Made by a program: the position numbers and the translations under genes
The notes under the pieces: generated by a model
The model's database searches: none
The model's input: only the letters and a program-made list of their open reading frames with translations
What the model was told of the DNA's origin: nothing
Assembly (NCBI GenBank): GCA_951406725.2
Contig: OX597832.1
Span: 46,066,001-46,130,000, forward strand
DNA length: 64,000 nucleotides
Direction: 5' to 3'
From: Octopus vulgaris
Lineage: Eukaryota
Part shown: piece after piece, positions 56,411 through 64,000 of the stretch
Position numbering within the stretch: the stretch's first letter is position 1
Layout: every line of letters begins with the position of its first letter

Positions 56411-56529
<119 letters not shown>

Positions 56530-56531
56530 AA

Positions 56532-56569
56532 CTGTCTGATGAACAGCAACGAGAAACTCAGAGTAACAG
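56532..56569 (+). ncRNA. Minimal hammerhead motif, intact core, weak stem II
   Basis: ctgt-CTGATGA-acagcaacga-GAAA-ctcaga-GTA-acag, in an ~80 bp island between (TA)n tracts. Confidence 0.6.
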
Positions 56570-56601
56570 ATTTTTTTAATTTTCTGCTGCTTTAAATAAA
56601 G

Positions 56602-56633
<32 letters not shown>

Positions 56634-56824
56634 GAAATGAGGTACTCAGAAATCTGGATGGTTTTATATTTACAGATATCTATTGATATGTCAAATGTTT
56701 TTATAAATCATATAATATAAAAAAACATATGACATGCTAATAAATATCTGTAAATATAAAACCATCCAGATTTCTGAGTACCTCATTTCTTCTAATATAA
56801 AATACCTGTACATCATCTCCAAAC

Positions 56825-56900
<76 letters not shown>

Positions 56901-56905
56901 CACAT

Positions 56906-57203
56906 ACTGCTGAAACGCCCTTCAGCCTTCGGTCGTGACTGACAAGGGGATTGCACCTTGAAAGTTACACTCCCAGCAGTCACCCATGCATGTGAGCTTC
57001 CCCTCTGCACACCACTGATGTTATCCTAGGTAAAGGCAAAGGGGCTGATACAGCTTGGCATCCTTGATGTCGCAACTTACTCCTAGAGCAACGTGAAATA
57101 AAGTGTCTTGCTTAAGAACACAACACGCAGCCCGGTCCGAGATTCGAACGCACAACCTCACGATCGCAAGCTAGACGCTCTAACCACTGAGCCATTCGCA
57201 TTT

Positions 57204-57206
<3 letters not shown>
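56906..57206 (-). mobile_element. SINE family D, tail type 1
   Basis: Inverted, diverged homologue of 14065-14410. Confidence 0.78.
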
Positions 57207-57263
<57 letters not shown>

Positions 57264-57334
57264 GTGTGTATATGTGTGTTTGTGTGTGTTATGTCTCTTT
57301 GTGAATGTGTTTATCCACAATGTATGTATATACT

Positions 57335-58012
57335 CTTTTTAAAATAGAAGAAATGGCTAAGATTTTTGGCTGCTATTTCTGAACTTCGGTGTGTGGTGAG
57401 GCAATTCTTTGCTGAACCCTTTTTATTAGTATTACTAAAATTTACCGTGTAACGGTCCTGTTTTCATACCGAATTCTACTTGGTGAAATTTATTGATTAC
57501 TTCTTAATTGATTAATTTTACCCTTTATTATTATTGATAATAGAACTTTCTTCCTGAGAACAGGCTGCTGATTTTTTTTTTCTGTAGCATTTTACTTGAA
57601 GACACACGTGGAAGGGCGGGGGAAGCTAAGCGATTCTCATTCATATTTTGAATTTGGCGGTGCTAAAATTGAACATGAGCGGCCTAATGCCGTTATGGGG
57701 AAAGATTCGTTCAAATGTTCTAGTACCTTCGAATTATCACAGAAAATCCATGCTGATGAAGAATATGGTTAGTAAGGTATATTTTTTCTATATTCTTTAT
57801 GAAAAAACCTAATTCAGAAACGCGCGTCCATGGACGATCAGATATTGATTAATTTTCGTTACTTTACTCTCTGCTTGTGTGATTAACCTTCAAGTATTTT
57901 GGTTTCTCTGGAAGACCCTTTTTAAAGTAGAAGAAATGGCTAAGATTTTTGGCTGCTATTTCTGAACTTCGGTGTGTGGTGAGGCAATTCTTTGCTGAAC
58001 CCTTTTTCTTAG

Positions 58013-58015
<3 letters not shown>
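57335..58015 (+). mobile_element. Non-autonomous Penelope-like / retrozyme-like element abutting (TA)n
   Basis: 98 bp direct repeats at 57335-57432 and 57918-58015 (period 583, 2 mismatches); internal hammerhead motif; no ORF. Confidence 0.78.
57747..57834 (+). ncRNA. Type I minimal hammerhead ribozyme motif
   Basis: tccatg-CTGATGA-agaat...attca-GAAA-c-gcgc-GTC-catgga. Perfect 6 bp stem I, intact core, GUC cleavage triplet, palindromic loop III. Confidence 0.8.
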
Positions 58016-58067
<52 letters not shown>

Positions 58068-58081
58068 TTCCTGCGTTAATG

Positions 58082-58601
58082 TCCCCTCTAGCAATGCTTG
58101 ACAACCGATGATGGTGTGTTTACGTCCCCGTTACTTAGCGGTTCGGCAAAAGAGACCGATAGAATAAGTACTGGGCTTACAAAAGAATAAGTCTCGGGGT
58201 CAATTTGCTCGATTAAAGGCGGTGCTCCAGCATGGCCGCAGTCAAATGACTGAAACAAGTACCGCCTTTAGTCGAGCAAATCGACCCCGGGTCTTCTTCT
58301 TTGTAAGCCCAGTACTTATTCTATCGGACTCTTTTGCCGAACCGCCAAGTTACGGGGACATAAACACACAGCATCGGTTGTCAAGCAATGCTAGGGGGAC
58401 AAACACAGACACACAAACACATACACACACACACATATATATATACGACGGGCTTCTTTCAGTTTCCGTCTACCAAATCCACTCACAAGGCATTGGTCAG
58501 CCCGAGGCTATAGTAGAAGACACTTGCCCAAGATGCCACGCAGTGGGACTGAACCCGGAACCATGTGGTTGGTAAGCAAGCTACTTACCACACAGCCACT
58601 G
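58082..58601. mobile_element. Two family A SINEs fused tail-to-tail (+ 58082-58260, - 58261-58601)
   Basis: Strand switch at ...gaaacaagt|accgcctttag... Confidence 0.85.
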
Positions 58602-58709
58602 CTATATATAGTGTAAGAAATAGAAAGAGCGAGAGAGAGAGAAAGAGGGAAAAAAAATGAGAAACAAAAGAGGAGATTCCGGGATTCTCGCTATAGAAAA
58701 CACTTAATC

Positions 58710-58920
58710 TTTTCTACTCTAGGCACAAGGTCAATCGATTATGAGGAGGGCCGGTTGATTAGATCGACTCTAATACGCAGCTGGTACTTAATTTATGGAC
58801 CCCGAAAGGATGAAAGGCAAAGTCGACCGCGGCAGAATTTGAACTCAGAACGTAAAGACAGACGAAACACCGCTAAGCGTTTCGCCAGGCGTGTTAACGT
58901 TTCTGCCAGTACTCTGCCTT
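58710..58920 (-). mobile_element. SINE family B, short tail
   Basis: Reverse complement of the family B head and core. Confidence 0.85.
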
Positions 58921-59110
58921 GATTCAAACTTGCAATGGATCTCTCACGAACTTGGTGGTTTTCTCTCAAAGTTTTAAACAAATATTATTCTTAATAGCTG
59001 GCAGAATCGTTAGTACGCCGGTCAAAATGCTCAGCGGCATTTCATCCGTCTTTATGTTCTGACTTCAGATTCTGCCGAGGTCTACGTTGCCTTTCATAGT
59101 TTCGAGGTTG

Positions 59111-59477
59111 GTGGAGGCGCAATAGCCCAGTGGTTAGGGCAGCGGACTCGTGGTCGTAGGATCGCGGTTTCGATTCCCAGACCGGGCGTTGTGAGTGTTT
59201 ATTGAGCGAAAATACCTAAAGCCCCAAGAGGTTCCGGCAGGGGATAGTGGTGATCCCTGCTGTACTCTTTCACCACAACTTTCTCTCACTCTTACTTCCT
59301 GTTTCTGTTGTACCTGTATTTCAAAGGGCCGGCCTTGTCACTCTCTGTGTCACGCTGAATATCCCTGAGAACTACGTTAAGGGTACACGTCTGTGGAGTG
59401 CTCAGCCACTTACACGTTAATATCCGTTGATCGGATCAACCGTAACCCTCGTCGTCGTAACCGACGGAGTGCTTCCC
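59111..59477 (+). mobile_element. SINE family C inserted in a decayed family B SINE (58996-59570)
   Basis: 13 bp TSD agtttcgaggttg at 59098-59110 and 59478-59490. Confidence 0.92.
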
Positions 59478-59690
59478 AGTTTCGAGGTTGATAAGCACTG
59501 GGGTCGATGCAATTGACTTGTTCCCTCGTAATTGCTGACCTTATTTCCAAGAAAACTGAAATCGTTATTATTCTCAATAGGGTCGAATGTGAAGGTAAAT
59601 GTCTGTAAATTCCAGACCTACATGTACGCAAGTCCGCTTTGCAAACTTAAACACACACACACACACACGCACATTTTTTGAACTGATGTA

Positions 59691-60077
59691 TGGAAGCACT
59701 CCGTCGGTTACGACGATGAGGGTTCCGGTTGATCCGAATCAACGGAACAGCCTGCTCGTGAAATTAACGTGTAAGTGGCTGAGCACTCCACAGACACGTG
59801 CACCCTTAACGCAGTTCTCGGGGATATTCTGCGTGACACAGAGAGTGACAAGGCCGGCCCCTAGAAATACAGGTACCAGAGAAACAGGAAGTAAGAGTGA
59901 GAGAAAGTTGTGGTGAAAGAGTACAGCAGGGATCACCACCATCCCCTGCCGGAGCCTCGTGGAGCTTTTTAGGTGTTTTCGCTCAATAAACACTCACAAC
60001 GCCCGGTCTGGGAATCGAAACCGCGATCCTACGACCGCGAGTCCGCTGCCCTAACCACTGGGCCATTGCGCGTCCAC
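59691..60077 (-). mobile_element. SINE family C, full length
   Basis: 14 bp TSD tttgaactgatgta at 59677-59690 and 60078-60091. Confidence 0.93.
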
Positions 60078-60881
60078 TTTGAACTGATGTACTGAAATGT
60101 AAACAACACGATTGAATAATTTGCATATCACGCATAAGTGGCCAAAACAAAAAAAAATACGTTACCAACGTTACCAATCATTAATTTAACGAATATCTAC
60201 TGATGTTTCTAAAGTATTTAGATTTACGACCAGGAAATTACAGCAAAAACTGGAATTACGAGTGTTCAAAGATACGAAAATAATATATATATATATATGC
60301 ATTCGTATATTCCTTAGCACGAAACGTATATCAGCATTCTGACATCCCTAATAGTATCTTCCTATAAAGACAATACGCAGCATGCAATATATTATAGGCT
60401 AAAGTGATACGAACCTATATTATTAAGTCGTTTGAAGTCGAAGATTTCTCAGCTAGTTTATGCCAGAAAAACATGTTTTTTTCCTCCTCCCACCCATCAC
60501 GTTTTGCTTACGTTCTTCTCTTAAAATATTTGGCAGTTTTAACGAAAAATGCCATAATCATTTGTCTTGGTTTCAATCAAAGTTGAAGCTATCCTATTAT
60601 AGTTCCTGCGCAGTCATTAACCAAAACAGTTCTGATGTACTTTTCAAAATATTATCTTTCATTTCTGTGCCTTTCACAGCAGGTCGTACATTAACCCACT
60701 TCCGCCTGAAAATAGAACCACGAATATATATATATTGCTTTGTAGCTAATATGAAATATATGGTTGCCATTCAACAGCTCAGCAGATAGAAAATATAGTT
60801 CATCATATAAGTGTAAATGAAATATATAGCATTTTGCACTGCATCTTACGATTGGAAACTGCATGTAAGCAAAGCTACATA

Positions 60882-61900
60882 AGCGTAGGAGTGGCTGTGT
60901 GGTAAATGGAAGCACTCCGTCGGTTACGACGACGAGGGTTCCGGTTGATCCGAATCAACGGAACAGCCTGCTCGTGAAATTAACGTGTAAGTGGCTGAGC
61001 ACTCCACAGACACATGTACCCTTAACGTAGTTCTCGGGGATATTCAGCGTGATACAGAGAGTGACAAGGCCGGCCCTTTGAAATACAGGTACAACAGAAA
61101 CAGGAAGTAAGAGTGAGAGAAAGTTGTGGTGAAAGAGTACAGCAGGGATCACCACCTCCCCCCTGCCGGAGCCTCGTGGAGCTTTAGGTGTTTTTACTCA
61201 ATAAACACTCACAACGCCTGGTCTGGGAATCGAAACCGCGATCCTATGACCACGAGTCCGCTACCCTAACCACTGGGCCATTGCGCCTCCCGTTTGGTAA
61301 ATAGCTTGCTAACGATAGAGGTTTTAGTGCCTCCTTCTTGTAAGAGGTTTGAAACCCCATATTGATTTTAAAAACAAGAAAATATGTTTTCGAGAAAAAT
61401 CCAATCGGCGGGTGTTGGGTTTCATCTCTCATGTATTCATTATAATACATTTTCATTCATTAATGTGTTTGTCCAGCCCGCAAAGCTACACACAATTTCT
61501 ACTGTCTATGGTGACAAATTTTATGAACCACATGGTTCCGGGTTCAGTCCCACTGCATGGCACCTTGGGCAAGTGTCTTCTACTATAGCTTCGGGCTGAG
61601 CTGATCAAAGCCTTATGAGTAGATTTGGTAGACGGAAACTGAAACATTCATATATGTATGTATGTGTGTGTGTATATGTTCGTGTGTCTGTGTTTGTCCC
61701 CCACCCAACATCGCTTGACAACCGATGCTGGTGTATTACGTCCCCGTAACTTAGCGGTTCGGCAAAAGAGACCGATAGAATAAGTACTAGGCTATACAAC
61801 AAAGAATAAGTCCTGGGTTCAATTTGCTCGACTAAAGGCGGTGCTCCAGCATGGCCACAGTCAAATGACTGAAACAAGGGAAAGAGTAAAAGAGAGAATA
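60882..61900 (+). mobile_element. SINE family A interrupted by two insertions
   Basis: Pieces at 60882-60907, 61292-61313 and 61527-61900 join to a full family A copy. Confidence 0.85.
60908..61291 (-). mobile_element. SINE family C inserted in the A box of a family A SINE
   Basis: TSD gtgtggtaaat (60897-60907) and gtttggtaaat (61292-61302). Confidence 0.9.
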
Positions 61901-62268
61901 AAGAGAGGTTAACATTTATTCGTTTAATTTAATAGAATTTACAAAAGTCTATGCAAATATATAACCAATATTTAAAGCAATGTCATTCAAAAGAATTTCA
62001 AAGAATTTCACAGCATTACCATATTCTGAGAAAGTAATTACAAACGTTGAAATTGTAAGATAAACAGGTTTTTCTTCAACATTGCAAATACTTCGCTCAT
62101 GACGAGGAATATAACGCATTCATTGAGCGTTCAAAAGCGTGCAAAGTGTATACCGTGTTAGCTATTCCTGACCCCATGACCTTTGGGAGCACAAGGTGAC
62201 ATCTTATATCAGAGACTGCGAGAACAAACGAATTAGTAATGTCTAAAATATGAGAGCAACTCTACCTC

Positions 62269-62337
<69 letters not shown>

Positions 62338-62511
62338 GGGAATATTGAATTGAAGTACAAATGCAGTAATAGAAGTTTAAGGAAGAATCTCACTTTGCAA
62401 CTTGTCGTTCCGGGTTCAATCTCACCGTGCAGTAACTTGTGCAAATTCCTGGGCTACTCGAGTTATTGAATTAACGAATGCCCTGTGAATAAAGTTGGTA
62501 GAGTAGTCCGT

Positions 62512-62571
<60 letters not shown>

Positions 62572-63400
62572 TTGGGTTCCAGATCAGCCTTGACTGTCAT
62601 CAGCCAGGTTTTTCGTCAATACGTTCTGAGTTTAAATTGCTCTGGGGTCGATTTTGCCTGTCATCCTTTAGGAGTCGATAAATTAAATACCAGTAAAACA
62701 CTGGGGTCGCTATAATCGACTAGTCGCTTCCCCCAAAATTTCAGTACTTTAGTAAAAGGTTTATATATTGTTGTTACTATTATTATTGCTAATTCTAAAT
62801 TCTGAATTCAAACCATGTTGAGGTCGACGTTGCCTTTCATCCTTTCCATGGACCAAAGTATTATTAAATACCAGACATCTATTGGGGGTGTATGGTTTCA
62901 GCATTCTCCTCCCTTCAGCACTACTCTCATTGTACCTGTTTAAGAAATAATTAGTTTTGCTAATTGCTATTTCACAACTCTCAAACCAAACATGAATGTC
63001 TGTTTATAAAAACATGTTATGAAGCGAAAAAAAAATTATAGCCTTTACATCAGTGATGAGAGCAAAAATTTCCTTTTATTAACCTACGCTATAATTATTT
63101 TTGCAAATTACTAATTTTCAATTATATTTTAGGCTAATTATTTTATAAATTATATAATGTTATTTTAATATTTTTCTTAATTTTCACTAATTTAATTTTT
63201 TCAACAAAATTTCTTCCCTCATGTTAAAACAGCTTTATTTTTGGTTAGAGGTAAGCAGCCATTATGAGAGATACATGTGGTGTGAGTAAACCATTGGAGT
63301 ATTTCAGACCTTGACATAATTCTGGACGATAGAACATTCTATTACGAAACTCCAAATTGTCATATGAAAATCAAAATATAAAATAGCGCGAGAGATACAT

Positions 63401-63496
<96 letters not shown>

Positions 63497-63513
63497 GTAT
63501 GTACGCACAGATA

Positions 63514-63942
63514 GTTAAGTTAAGTTAGTTAAGTTAATTTTTTGGCTCAAAAAGCAAGGCCATGTAGGGGGACATGGAGCTATGTACACGGAGGGTGTTC
63601 ATGCAACGAGTTCAGGCCATTTCTAGTCAAGGGAGACTTTGAACCGAGCGGTCGTCGGCATCTTCACTATCTCGTCCGGCAGCTTATTCCACGGATCCGC
63701 AACCCGGACAGAGAAAGCCCCTCTCATTCGATTGAGATGGAATCGTCGCAGATAGAGCTTTTCGGAGTGACCCCGCAGCCGACGCTCTGGAGCAGGTGTG
63801 AAGAACAGCTCTTTCGAGAGATTACACTTTCCGCTTATGATGTTGTTAGCAAGAATGAGATCTCCACGGCGTCGTCGTTTTTCTAGAGAATAAAGGTCGA
63901 GCGTCTTCAGCCTTTCTTCATAAGACAAATGCTTGAGACCAA
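63514..63942 (-). mobile_element. 5'-truncated CR1-like LINE 3' end
   Basis: ORF 63623-63928 LSYEERLKTLDLYSLEKRRRRGDLI...LRGHSEKL...FSVRVADPWNKLP is the typical CR1 ORF2 C-terminus; short 3' UTR and (TTAAC)n-like tail at 63514-63537. Confidence 0.92.
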
Positions 63943-64000
63943 GATGTAAGTGGTAGGAAGCTTGCTTCTAATCCATATGGCTTTTGGTTCAGTCCCCCTG

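Noticed and set aside
59111-59190. tRNA-like sequence with A and B boxes
   Set aside because: It is a SINE head that continues into the element body and lies within a TSD; no complete acceptor stem.

Overview
AT-rich, microsatellite-saturated eukaryotic non-coding DNA (intergenic or deep intronic). The repeat content resembles a coleoid cephalopod (Octopus-like) genome; this is inferred from the SINE families and the (TA)n/(AAT)n/(ATAG)n density. I found no supportable host exon, and almost all listed ORFs are microsatellite or SINE read-through. The window holds four groups of tRNA-derived SINEs with swappable heads, cores and tails, 3' fragments of non-LTR retrotransposons (R4/Dong-like, CR1-like, RNase H-bearing I-group), non-autonomous Helitrons, MITEs and Tc1/mariner remnants. 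The main hidden signal is a set of short, ORF-less elements, belonging to several unrelated sequence families, inserted in (TA)n tracts. They have Penelope-like direct/inverted repeat architecture and carry minimal type I hammerhead ribozyme motifs. Two are near-canonical retrozyme-like units (28523-29179 and 57335-58015) and several more have variant or decayed catalytic cores. All structures and identities were read by eye, not computed.
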